A model generated the notes under the pieces. That model saw only the letters and a list, made by a program, of their open reading frames with translations, ran no database searches and was not told the DNA's origin. Below, piece after piece: positions 17,917 to 26,857 of a stretch of 36,281 bases of DNA. A program made the position numbers and the translations under genes. Positions within the stretch are counted from its first letter, which is position 1, and the number at the start of each line of letters is the position of its first letter. Origin of the DNA: Acidobacteriota bacterium (GTDB lineage: Bacteria; Acidobacteriota; UBA6911; JACQSX01); contig DASXQR010000056.1 in assembly GCA_036507075.1 (NCBI GenBank), positions 1-36,281 on the forward strand, in the 5' to 3' direction.

Positions 17917-18834
17917 ATGTCAAAAAAAGCAATTGCCAGGAACAACGGCGATAGTCTTCGCAAGACTAAGAAACTCAAGTTCCCATCCTTTTGTCTTGGG
18001 GATCTCAGCTACATTGATGTTCAGGAATATCTCAAGCACTCCGATACTATTCTGATACCCAAGGCGAGCCTGGAGCAGCATGGTCCGCATTTGCCGCTTT
18101 ACTGCGACACGATCACCTCCACAGAGGTGGCGCGCCGTGCCGGCGAGAAAGCGGGGATTCTCTACACGCCGACTCTGTGGCTGGGATATTCGCCGCAGCA
18201 CATGCGCGCTCCAGGTTTTGGGACCGGAACGATCACGCTGAGATCGGATACATATCTCAATCTGCTGTACGATGTGGGACGGAGCCTGATCCACCACGGC
18301 TTCAATCGTCTGATCTTTGTCAATGGACACGGTTCGAACGTCAAAGTGGTCGATCCTGTGCTGCGGCGCCTGCGTTACGAGACGGGAGCCCTGGTCTGCT
18401 ATTACAAGCCGTATGCGGAGCGCTACATTGGAATGCTCAAAGATGTACTGGAAGGGCCGCCCGAAGAAACACCCGGCTGGCATGCGGGAGAGTTGGAGAC
18501 ATCGCAGTGCCTGGCTCACAATCCAAAACTGGTAAGAATGGATCGAGCGAAGGTGGATAAGGCGCATGCCCCCAAGTGGCTGGGCGCGGCGTGGGCAAAG
18601 AAAGATGGAATGCCGGACGCGGAGTTTCAAGGATACCAGTACTTCCATTTTCCATTTGACCACGAAGAATTCACCGATTCGGGTGTGATGGGAGTGCCGC
18701 AGCGCGGAACCGCAAAAAAAGGGAACATCGCCTTCGACCGCTTTGCGCAGCATTTGATCGATGCCGTGGAAGAACTGGAGAAGGTTAAAGTGACTGTGAA
18801 GAACCGGGACTGGACCGAAAGCAAAGCCTGGTAG
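17917..18834 (+). CDS. Creatininase/MftE family amidohydrolase
   Basis: SLEQHGPHLPLYCD, VNGHGSN, HAGELETS; GGAGG RBS. Confidence 0.9.
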   Translation: MSKKAIARNNGDSLRKTKKLKFPSFCLGDLSYIDVQEYLKHSDTILIPKASLEQHGPHLPLYCDTITSTEVARRAGEKAGILYTPTLWLGYSPQHMRAPGFGTGTITLRSDTYLNLLYDVGRSLIHHGFNRLIFVNGHGSNVKVVDPVLRRLRYETGALVCYYKPYAERYIGMLKDVLEGPPEETPGWHAGELETSQCLAHNPKLVRMDRAKVDKAHAPKWLGAAWAKKDGMPDAEFQGYQYFHFPFDHEEFTDSGVMGVPQRGTAKKGNIAFDRFAQHLIDAVEELEKVKVTVKNRDWTESKAW

Positions 18835-18867
18835 CAGGGCTGCCTGCTAGTGGCTCGTAACAGTGAA

Positions 18868-19100
18868 ATCGGTCATTGGTCATTAGTCATTAGTCATCGG
18901 TTATACCTGCTGGTCACTGCTGATGTGCATCGGTAAAAGCGCCATTCTAGTCTTCGCGTCGTCGTAGTTTCGCGGCACTAAAGAGCCGCCACGAAGACAC
19001 GATGGCTCGAAGCTCATCACAGGGGAATTTCCTTCCGGATCGATGCCTCTTGACCAATGACTGATGACCAATGACTGATGACTGATAATGACCGATGACC
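18868..19100. repeat. Inverted GTCATTR heptamer arrays enclosing a degenerate outward-facing CACGAAG-type doublet
   Basis: (GTCATTR)4 / (TGACCAA, TGACTGA)n; inner TCTTCGCGTCGTCGT..GCCACGAAGACACG at about 18951-19005. Confidence 0.82.
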
Positions 19101-20551
19101 CAGAAACTATGAAAAAAAAGCCAGCTTCTCTCTCGAATTCACTGGCCAGGAGCCTTGCCCGCCTCGTGGGCGCTGAGAACGTGCTGTCTCGCGATGAAGC
19201 CCGGAAACGTTTTTCGCACGACCAATACTGGTATGCCATTGCTGCTGCGGCTGCGGGGCGCGCGATCTCTCGACCGGATATTGCGGTACGCCCGCGCACT
19301 GCCGCGCAGGTGGCGCGCATCCTGCGCTTTGCCAACAAATCATCAGTATCAGTCACGCCGTGGGGCGGCGGGAGCGGCGTTCAGGGCGCCGCCAACGCCG
19401 ATCGAGGCGGAATCGTACTTGATCTGAGCCGCCTGAGCCGCGTCCGCATGCTTGACGAGAAATCTCAAAGCTGCGAGGTGGAGGCCGGAAAGGTTTGTCG
19501 CGATTTTGAAACCGAGCTTAACGCGCGGGGGCTTTCCTTTACACACTATCCGGCATCAACGGAATGGGCCACCATCGGCGGCTGTGTAGCGGCGCGAGGA
19601 TCGGGCGTTCTTTCAACTAAATATGGAAAGATCGAAGAGCATGTCTTGAGTCTCGAATTTGTTACTCCCACAGGCGAATTGGTTTCCACGCCGTGCGTGC
19701 CGCGCCACGCTGCCGGACCGGAGCTGACACAGTTGCTGGTGGGATCGGAAGGGACGCTGGGCGTGGTTACAGCAGCCCGGGTGAAGCTGCACTCACTACC
19801 CAAGGAAAGAGTATTCGGAGCCTTTTCATTCCCCGATCTTCGCAGCGGCATCGAAGCGGGCAGGCGCATTATGACCAGCGGTTTGCGCCCGGCGGTGATG
19901 CGTCTTTACGACCAGCACGCCGCGTCGCACAGTCTTGCCCGGGCGGTCGAAATGAACTTGCCCGATGCCACACTGGTATTCATGTTTGACGGCGACTTTC
20001 CGGATCTTGCCAGGCTGGAAGCAAGCAAGGCGATGGAAGCGTGCCGATCGCTGGGAGGAGGCGCCTTGCCATCGCGGCTGGGGGAGATCTGGTGGGATCG
20101 CAGATACGTTTTTTACTATCCGCCCTATGCTCCCGAATTACCCAGTATCTGGGGAACAGTGGATGTGGTTGCCGATTTTGCGCACCTGGAAGATGTGTAT
20201 CAGGCGACAACCGAGGCGATCCGTTCGGCTGCTGGTGCCAGGTGGAATCTGCAGCTCAATACGCACTTTTCGCACTGGTACGAATGGGGCTCGATGATAT
20301 ACGCGCGCATGAAGATTCCGCAGGGCCCCGCGAACCTGAAACAAGCCAAAGCCCTGCATGATCGCATTTTTGAGAAAGGCGTGGGAGCGGCCCTGCGCGC
20401 CGGGGCGGTAATGAATGACCATCATGGCGTGGGAATGAGGCTGGCGCCTTACATGAAAGCGCAGTACGGAGAGACGCTCAAGACACTGCAAAGGATCAAG
20501 CGCGCCATGGATCCCAAGGGTATCCTCTGTCCCGGGAAACTGGGACTATGA
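19088..20551 (+). CDS. FAD-binding oxidoreductase (VAO/PCMH fold; alkyl-DHAP-synthase/GlcD-like)
   Basis: PWGGGSGVQG, ATIGGCVAARGSG..STKYG, GSEGTLGVVT, HFSHWY, HHGVG, DPKGILCPG. Start 19088 or 19109. Confidence 0.88.
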   Translation: MTDDPETMKKKPASLSNSLARSLARLVGAENVLSRDEARKRFSHDQYWYAIAAAAAGRAISRPDIAVRPRTAAQVARILRFANKSSVSVTPWGGGSGVQGAANADRGGIVLDLSRLSRVRMLDEKSQSCEVEAGKVCRDFETELNARGLSFTHYPASTEWATIGGCVAARGSGVLSTKYGKIEEHVLSLEFVTPTGELVSTPCVPRHAAGPELTQLLVGSEGTLGVVTAARVKLHSLPKERVFGAFSFPDLRSGIEAGRRIMTSGLRPAVMRLYDQHAASHSLARAVEMNLPDATLVFMFDGDFPDLARLEASKAMEACRSLGGGALPSRLGEIWWDRRYVFYYPPYAPELPSIWGTVDVVADFAHLEDVYQATTEAIRSAAGARWNLQLNTHFSHWYEWGSMIYARMKIPQGPANLKQAKALHDRIFEKGVGAALRAGAVMNDHHGVGMRLAPYMKAQYGETLKTLQRIKRAMDPKGILCPGKLGL

Positions 20552-20554
20552 TGG

Positions 20555-20589
20555 GATTCTTGGCGTTCTTAGCGCTCTTGGCGGTTTAA
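20555..20589. repeat. Solo arm of the AACCGCCAAG nonamer family
   Basis: TTCTTGGCGTTCTTAGCGCTCTTGGCGGTT between convergent genes; supplies the HAD gene stop codon. Confidence 0.75.
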
Positions 20590-21231
20590 ATTTTCTTCCA
20601 CCCAGGCAACAAAATCCAGCGGGCGTCTGAACACCAGTTCTGGTTTGGCATCGAGCAGTTGCTTTGACTGGAAGGAATCCCACAGTACCGCCGCAAAGTC
20701 AATGCCTGCGGCGCGCGCGCAGCCGAAATCGGCCATCTGATCGCCCAGAAAAAGCGTTTCTCCCGGGCGCGAGTCAAGGATTTCGAGCGCTCTTTCTGCC
20801 GGTTCGGGATCGGGCTTCCACCGTTGCACATGTTCGCCGGTTATCACGGCATCAAAGAATCTTCTCAGCCCGATCGCGCGGAGTGTTATTTCTGTGGAGC
20901 GCTCTCCTTTGCCCGTGATTACTCCCAGGCGGATTCTCGCCTGGTGCAGGCGTTCGATCACCGGAGGCAGCTCCGGTATCACCTGGACATACTCGCTGTG
21001 GTGGGCTGCATAAAAATCGTAGAAGCGCGCTGTCGCTTCCCGGTAATACTCCTCGGGAACGATGCGGGCGATCATTCCCCCTTCCGGAGGCCCATACATG
21101 GCGCGGATTTCATCAGGGGTATAACTCCTGTTTGAATACTTTTGCGCGATATGATTGAAGGAGGCGAAAATCAGCGGCTCGGAAACAATCAGGGTGTTGT
21201 CCAGGTCAAACAGGAAGCAAGAATATTTCAT
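20569..21231 (-). CDS. HAD-IA family hydrolase (PpaX/Gph-like)
   Basis: FDLDNTL, ITGK, KPDPEP, LGDQMADF; AGAAG-like RBS. Confidence 0.9.
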   Translation of the reverse strand: MKYSCFLFDLDNTLIVSEPLIFASFNHIAQKYSNRSYTPDEIRAMYGPPEGGMIARIVPEEYYREATARFYDFYAAHHSEYVQVIPELPPVIERLHQARIRLGVITGKGERSTEITLRAIGLRRFFDAVITGEHVQRWKPDPEPAERALEILDSRPGETLFLGDQMADFGCARAAGIDFAAVLWDSFQSKQLLDAKPELVFRRPLDFVAWVEENLNRQER

Positions 21232-21289
21232 CTTCTGACAGGAGGTTCTGAACTCTGGATTTGAATAAGCCGTTGCAAAAACGGCCTTT

Positions 21290-21537
21290 CAAATGTGGAT
21301 TTCGGAATGCGGAATGCGGAATGCAGAAAGCAGAAGGCGGAAAGCGGAAGGCGGAAGGCGCAAGGGCCCACTGTCAATAGTCTGTCGTTCGTAGTCCTTT
21401 GAGTGGTTGCGGAAGTTTCATGAAACTGACCGACAACTGACAACGCGCCGCTAATATTCCGCTTTCCGCCTTCCGCTTTCGGCTTTCCGCCTTCCGCTTT
21501 CCGCCTTCAGCATTCCGCATTCCGAAATCCGCATTTG
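21290..21537. repeat. Three-layer inverted heptamer arrays
   Basis: (GAATGCG)n then (GAAGGCG/GAAAGCG)n then TGTC../..GACA units, mirrored on the right as (TTCCGCY)n and (ATTCCGC)n. Confidence 0.9.
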
Positions 21538-21546
21538 GGAGTACAT

Positions 21547-23460
21547 TCACTCCTTGCGCCCGCGGATAAACCGCAGCGGATCCGGTTCCACTCCGGTGAC
21601 GCCCTTGGTTGCGACCTTTTCCGGCTCGCTTTCCACTTCACCGGGATTGACGAACCGGTTGGCTTCTATGCCCGCCTGGCGCGTGTACAGGTCGTAATAG
21701 CGGCCCTGCAGCATCATTAATTGATGGTGCGTTCCCCGCTCCTGAATCTGTCCGGCTTCCAGAACGAGAATCTGGTCCGCGCTGCGAATGGTGCTGAGAC
21801 GGTGCGCGATGACAAACGTTGTCCGGCCCCTCATCAGCGCGGCCAGGCCCTGCTGAATCAGAGATTCGCTTTCCGTGTCCAGGCTGGAAGTGGCCTCATC
21901 CAGTATCAGAATCCGGGGATCCGCCAGGATCGCCCTGGCGATTGCAACGCGCTGGCGCTGGCCCCCGGAGAGTTTTACACCTCTTTCCCCAATAATCGTG
22001 CTGTAGCCCTGTTCCATGCGCAGTGCGAATTCGTCCACTCGCGCGATTTGGGCGGCCCGGGAGATTTCCTCCTCTAAAGCGTCCGGACGTCCGAACAGGA
22101 TGTTTTCGCGAATCGTTCCGTCAAACAGGAAGTTGTCCTGCAGCACGACGCCCAGTCGGGATCGATAGCTGTCCAGGCGCAGGGTGGAAAGATCAACGCC
22201 GTCGACCGTGACCCGGCCGGAACCCGGCTTGGCAAAGGCCGCGACCAGACTGATCAGCGTGCTCTTTCCGGATCCTGAAGATCCCACCAGCGCCGTGACC
22301 GAACCTGGTTTCGCCTCCAGGTCCACATTGTACAGCACCGGTCTTCCCTCATCGTACTGGAAGGTCACGTTCTCGAACCGAACATTTCCCAGGATCTCGG
22401 ACAGCACATGGGTGCGCGCCGGATCGACATCTTCGGGCTGTTCGGAAAGCACCTCATGCATCCTGTCCAGTCCGGCAAAAGCCTCGGTCAGTTGGCTGCC
22501 GATGGCAACAACCTGAAATATCGGGGCAACCAAAAAGCCCATCAGCAGCGTGTAAGCAAAAAAGTCCCCCACTGTCATTTCGCCGCGAACCATCATGCGA
22601 CCTCCGATCAGCATCACCGTGACACTTACAATGCCCATCAGCATGGTGGCGGACAAACTCATCAGGGAAGTGGCAAACAGAGTTCGGCGCACATTCTCAA
22701 ACAGCCTCATCGCGCCGGATGCAAAAACTCTTGCCTCCCGGGCCTCGCCGTGGAAGCCTTTTACAATACGCACGCCGCCTAAAGATTCAGTCAGTCGTCC
22801 GGTGACTTCGGCATTGATTTTTCCCCGCTCCCGAAAAATCGGACGGATCGATGCGAAGGCTTTGCGCAGTGTAAGGCCGAAGATGCACAGAAAGGAGAGG
22901 GTCAGCAGCGTCAACGTGCGGTTGAACCAAAGCAGCAGGGCGAATGCGACCAGCCCCGTGAGCAGGCCGCCGATCAGCTCCACCAGTCCGGTGCCGACAA
23001 GGTTTCGCACACCTTCCACGTCCGCCATGATGCGCGATACCAGGGCGCCGGTTTTGTTGGCATCGTAATAGCGAACCGGCAGGCGCCCGATATGTTGCTG
23101 AACCTTAATTCGCAGGTCGGCGATCAGACGTTGCGCCGCCTTGCTGAGCAACTGCGTGAGGGCAAATGAAGTGATCGCCTGAACGGCAACGGCGGCGCCC
23201 ACGGCCGTAACCAGCGGCATCAGGAGGTCCACACGGCGCTTCTGAACGACGTCGTCGATGAGAAACTTGGTCGAGCTGGGGAGCACCAGCCCCGCAACCC
23301 GATTAATCATGATCATCAGCAGGCCCAGTCCCAGCAATCCGCGCCGCGGCCACACCAGTTCGCGCAAGTCGCGATAGATGTTTCGCACCTGGATTTTCTT
23401 GATTTGTTTTTGTTCGGGAACCACCGGCGCGCCCGTCGTAACCTGAGAAGCTTGCGACAT
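21547..23460 (-). CDS. ABC exporter, fused permease/ATP-binding protein (MsbA/MdlB-like)
   Basis: Multi-TM N-half; GSSGSGKST, LSGGQRQR, LILDEATS, IAHRLST. Confidence 0.95.
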   Translation of the reverse strand: MSQASQVTTGAPVVPEQKQIKKIQVRNIYRDLRELVWPRRGLLGLGLLMIMINRVAGLVLPSSTKFLIDDVVQKRRVDLLMPLVTAVGAAVAVQAITSFALTQLLSKAAQRLIADLRIKVQQHIGRLPVRYYDANKTGALVSRIMADVEGVRNLVGTGLVELIGGLLTGLVAFALLLWFNRTLTLLTLSFLCIFGLTLRKAFASIRPIFRERGKINAEVTGRLTESLGGVRIVKGFHGEAREARVFASGAMRLFENVRRTLFATSLMSLSATMLMGIVSVTVMLIGGRMMVRGEMTVGDFFAYTLLMGFLVAPIFQVVAIGSQLTEAFAGLDRMHEVLSEQPEDVDPARTHVLSEILGNVRFENVTFQYDEGRPVLYNVDLEAKPGSVTALVGSSGSGKSTLISLVAAFAKPGSGRVTVDGVDLSTLRLDSYRSRLGVVLQDNFLFDGTIRENILFGRPDALEEEISRAAQIARVDEFALRMEQGYSTIIGERGVKLSGGQRQRVAIARAILADPRILILDEATSSLDTESESLIQQGLAALMRGRTTFVIAHRLSTIRSADQILVLEAGQIQERGTHHQLMMLQGRYYDLYTRQAGIEANRFVNPGEVESEPEKVATKGVTGVEPDPLRFIRGRKE

Positions 23461-23529
23461 TTATCTATCCTAACATCTTTGGCAATGTGCGCCCTGTGAA
23501 TGGACTGTCAGGATTCTCTGGCGTGCTTC

Positions 23530-23633
23530 CAAATGCGGAATTGGGAATGCGGAATAGGAGAGTGTTTCAGTTTCAATCTGAGGTAACTCAACGTTGTTAT
23601 ATTCCGCATTCCGCATTCCCAATTCCGCATTTG
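23530..23633. repeat. Inverted GAATGCG heptamer arrays
   Basis: 23530-23556 / 23600-23633 with a mirrored variant unit GAATTGG/CCAATTC, around a 43-nt core. Confidence 0.88.
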
Positions 23634-23640
23634 TGTCGGC

Positions 23641-24846
23641 TTATTCTGCGGCCGCAGCTAAATCGGAAGCGGGTTCATGCGTCGGAGCAGGCGGCGTTTT
23701 GTCGGGAACGTCGAGTTGCCTCGGCAATGCAATGGAAAGCAGGAAGCCGGGCAACGCCAGGACGACGATGCCTGTCATGGTCGACTGCAGTCCAAAAACG
23801 TCGCTTAGAATTCCCACCACCGGAACAATCAGACCGCCCATGCCCCAGGCAAATCCCATCATCAGCGCCGAAACCGTGCTCGCGCCCTCGGGAACCAGCT
23901 TCTGCGCCATTACAATGTTTACCGGGCTGGTGAAAAGCAGGAAGGCACCTCCGGCAGCGCAAAACAAGAGCGAGAGCGGGCCGCGAGTCCATAGAAATGC
24001 CAACAGCATCGGAAGGCAGCCCAGCATGGAGGCGGCGATGATTCTCCTGCCGCCAAACCGGTCCGCCAGCACGCCGCCCAGAAATCCGGCTGTTCCTCCC
24101 GCAAGGAGAAAGAGCGTCAAGGTCTGGCTGCCCGCGGATTCCGTGTAGCCGCGCGTCGTCATGTAAATCGGAAGGAAGGAAACAAACACAATCTGAATAG
24201 CGGAGCGAATCACAACCAGAAAGTAGAGCTTGAGCAGCGGTCCAATCTTAGATTTCAGTTGTTGAGAAAACCGAAGCCGGCGCGCGTGCAGTTCCACTCT
24301 TCGCGGCGACGGCCCGTAGAGCAGCAAATAAGCAGACATAGCGACTCCGGGCAGCGCGGCCCAGTAACTCCGCTCCAGTCCCGCCAACGCAATCACACTG
24401 GTGATGAAAATGGGACCAAGGGCATAACCCATCATTCCGCCGGTGATGAAAACCGACATTTGATATCCGTGATCGCTCTCCGCCACCTCCGACGTTACCG
24501 CCGCCCCCTGCGGGTGGAACGCCGCGATCCCTATTCCGCCCATCAGGAGGAGTATCAACAGCGTCAGGAAATTCGGAGCCAACCCGAGCGAAGCGATGAA
24601 TAAGCCTGCTATTCCGGGCGCCAGCGCCGCGAATAATTTGCTCTGAGATCGGTCCGCCAGATACCCGTAGAGTGGCTGCATCAGGGAACTTGAAAAAACA
24701 AGCACTCCACCCATTACTCCTGCCTGCGCAAGAGTGAGATTGAGGCTCTGGCGGAGGAACGGCAGGAACGCTCCCAACATGCTCGAATAGTTGTCTATCA
24801 GAAAGTGAGCGCTGGCGAGCACCAGAACGGACTTGTGCGGTTTCAT
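23641..24846 (-). CDS. MFS transporter (Fsr-like)
   Basis: HFLIDNY, QPLYGYLADR, AAFHPQG, GGVLADRFGGRR; about 12 TM. The upstream ORF extension is repeat-derived. Confidence 0.9.
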   Translation of the reverse strand: MKPHKSVLVLASAHFLIDNYSSMLGAFLPFLRQSLNLTLAQAGVMGGVLVFSSSLMQPLYGYLADRSQSKLFAALAPGIAGLFIASLGLAPNFLTLLILLLMGGIGIAAFHPQGAAVTSEVAESDHGYQMSVFITGGMMGYALGPIFITSVIALAGLERSYWAALPGVAMSAYLLLYGPSPRRVELHARRLRFSQQLKSKIGPLLKLYFLVVIRSAIQIVFVSFLPIYMTTRGYTESAGSQTLTLFLLAGGTAGFLGGVLADRFGGRRIIAASMLGCLPMLLAFLWTRGPLSLLFCAAGGAFLLFTSPVNIVMAQKLVPEGASTVSALMMGFAWGMGGLIVPVVGILSDVFGLQSTMTGIVVLALPGFLLSIALPRQLDVPDKTPPAPTHEPASDLAAAAE

Positions 24847-24890
24847 GGCGGCGAGAATGTTAGCAGGGCACGCAGTGTGGCGCAAATAAA

Positions 24891-25163
24891 GCGGAAAGCG
24901 GAAGGCAGAAGGGCGGAAGGCAGAAGGCGGAAGGCGGAAGGCGGAAGGCGGAAAGCGGAAAAGCACTCGGCGCTAGCTGAACCGCGCGCGTAGGCAAGCG
25001 GACTCTCTATGTGCCACTTCTGATTTGCGGTTGCGAAGGAAAATCCAGAGGGACCGAGAGCCTCAAGATTTGACCGTCATTTAGGAGGGTCCGCTTGCCT
25101 ACGCGCGCGGTTCAGCTAGCGCCGAGTGCTTTTCCGCTTCTGCCTTCCGCCTTCTGCCTTCCG
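24891..25163. repeat. Heptamer-flanked REP-like element with a 51-bp perfect inverted repeat
   Basis: (GGCGGAA/GGCAGAA)n outer arrays; perfect arms 24953-25003 / 25089-25139 containing GAACCGCGCGCGTAGGCAAGCGG. Confidence 0.92.
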
Positions 25164-25190
25164 CTTTCTGCCTTCCGCCTTCTAAAGTGA

Positions 25191-26777
25191 TCAACCGTTA
25201 TCCTTGCTCCACGCACCGTCAAGCAGGCGCCAGATTCTTCTGGCATTGATATCCTGCAGCTCCAGCGGCAGAAACACCTGCGGGAAATTCTGGTAACAGA
25301 TGGGACGGACAAAGCGCTTAATCGCTGCCGTTCCTACCGAGGTGAATTTGGCGTCCGTGGTGGCCGGATATGGGCCTCCATGCTGCATGGACGGGCAGAC
25401 TTCCACTCCGGTTGGAAATCCGTTGAAAATCAAACGCCCCACTTTGCGCTCCAGCAGCCCGACCAGCTTTTGGTTGTCGGCCAGGTCCTCTGCCGTACCG
25501 TGAATGGCAGCCGTCAGGTGACCCTCAAGCGTGCCGGCGATTTTTTCTAATTCCTCCTTTTCCCGGCAGCGCACGATTATCGTGGAAGGGCCAAATACCT
25601 CACCGTGCAGCGCAGAGTTCCTCAGGAAAGTCTGAGCGTCGGTGACAAAAGCGACAGCTTGTGCCTCTGTTCTCGACGCATCCGGATGGTTCTGGGACGT
25701 GTGCATTTCCACGCCGCTGATGTTTTGAGCCTTCCTGATTCCATCCTGAAAACTTTCCAGGATGATCGGGTGCAGCATCGTGCCAGTGGGTGCCTGACGA
25801 ATCAGATCCGTCACGCGGGCCACCATCCGGTCCATTGCTTCGTCGCGCAGGCCGACTACCAGGCCAGGACAAGTGCAGAACTGCCCGACCCCCAGCGTGA
25901 CGGATTGCTTCAGTCCCTCGGCGATCTCTTCCGACCGCGCGCCCAGAGCGCCCGGGAGGACGAATACTGGATTGATACTGCCCATCTCCGCATAAACGGA
26001 GATGGGCTCAGGGCGCCGCGAAGCCGCATCGAACAGAGCGCGACCTCCTTTGAAAGAACCGGTGAATCCCACTGCTCTGGTCAAAGGGTGAGTCACAAGC
26101 CAGTGTCCGACTTGATGACTGGTCCCATGCAGTAGAGAAAAAAGTCCCTCGCGCATCGCGCTTTTTTGAATGGCCCTGCCGATCGCGCGGGCCACCATCT
26201 CGGATGTGCCGGGATGCGCGGGATGCGCCTTAAACACGACAGGGTTGCCGGCCGCCAGTGCCGATGCCGTATCTCCTCCGGCTACGGAGAATGCCAGCGG
26301 AAAATTGCTGGCGCCAAATACAACAACCGGACCAATCGGTATCAGCATGCGGCGGATATCCGGTTTGGGAACCGGTTTCCGATCGGGAATGGCGCGGTCG
26401 ATGGAAGCCTCGACCCACGAGCCGTCGCGAATCAGAGAAGCGAACATCTGAACCTGAGCAACGGTGCGTGTCCTCTCGCTTCGAAGACGTTCTTCCGGCA
26501 AGCCGGTTTCCATGGCAGCGCGCTCGATAAGCGTTTCATCCAGTCGAATGATTTCTTCGGCGATCGCATCCAGGAATTTGGCCCTCTCTTCGGCCGAACG
26601 GCGACGGTAGTCCTGGAATGCCTCTTCGGCGCGGCGCAGAGCTGCATCCACTATTTTCTCGGTGGCTTCAAAGAAAGGTGGATCGAGCTTGCTTCCGTTT
26701 CGGGGATCGAAGGCGCGGAACGAGATTCCGGCTCCCTCAGTACCGGCACCCAATATGTTTTTTCCGTGTAATTGCAT
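25191..26777 (-). CDS. Aldehyde dehydrogenase (NADP+), alpha-ketoglutaric semialdehyde dehydrogenase type
   Basis: FGASNFPLAFS, KAHPAHPGTS, FTGS, EMGSINP, GQFCTCPG, EVFGP, HGGPYPAT. Confidence 0.93.
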   Translation of the reverse strand: MQLHGKNILGAGTEGAGISFRAFDPRNGSKLDPPFFEATEKIVDAALRRAEEAFQDYRRRSAEERAKFLDAIAEEIIRLDETLIERAAMETGLPEERLRSERTRTVAQVQMFASLIRDGSWVEASIDRAIPDRKPVPKPDIRRMLIPIGPVVVFGASNFPLAFSVAGGDTASALAAGNPVVFKAHPAHPGTSEMVARAIGRAIQKSAMREGLFSLLHGTSHQVGHWLVTHPLTRAVGFTGSFKGGRALFDAASRRPEPISVYAEMGSINPVFVLPGALGARSEEIAEGLKQSVTLGVGQFCTCPGLVVGLRDEAMDRMVARVTDLIRQAPTGTMLHPIILESFQDGIRKAQNISGVEMHTSQNHPDASRTEAQAVAFVTDAQTFLRNSALHGEVFGPSTIIVRCREKEELEKIAGTLEGHLTAAIHGTAEDLADNQKLVGLLERKVGRLIFNGFPTGVEVCPSMQHGGPYPATTDAKFTSVGTAAIKRFVRPICYQNFPQVFLPLELQDINARRIWRLLDGAWSKDNG

Positions 26778-26791
26778 CGTCTCATCCGTGG

Positions 26792-26854
26792 CTTTGTGTC
26801 CTTTGTGTCTTTGTGGTGGAGTTTTTGCACCACAAAGACACAAAAGACACAAAG
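26792..26854. repeat. Outward-facing doublet of the family A outer arm
   Basis: CTTTGTGTCCTTTGTGTCTTTGTGGTG [9 nt] CACCACAAAGACACAAAAGACACAAAG. Confidence 0.9.
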
Positions 26855-26857
26855 AGA

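Noticed and set aside
15317..18753. Long minus-strand ORFs (284, 423 and 277 aa)
   Set aside because: Antisense shadows of the epimerase, Tm-1-like and creatininase genes.
24847..24966. N-terminal extension of the MFS transporter (FRLPPSA repeats)
   Set aside because: Heptamer-derived; ATG 24846 gives a normal MFS start. Similar track extensions were trimmed for the C45 hydrolase, ALDH and nitroreductase.
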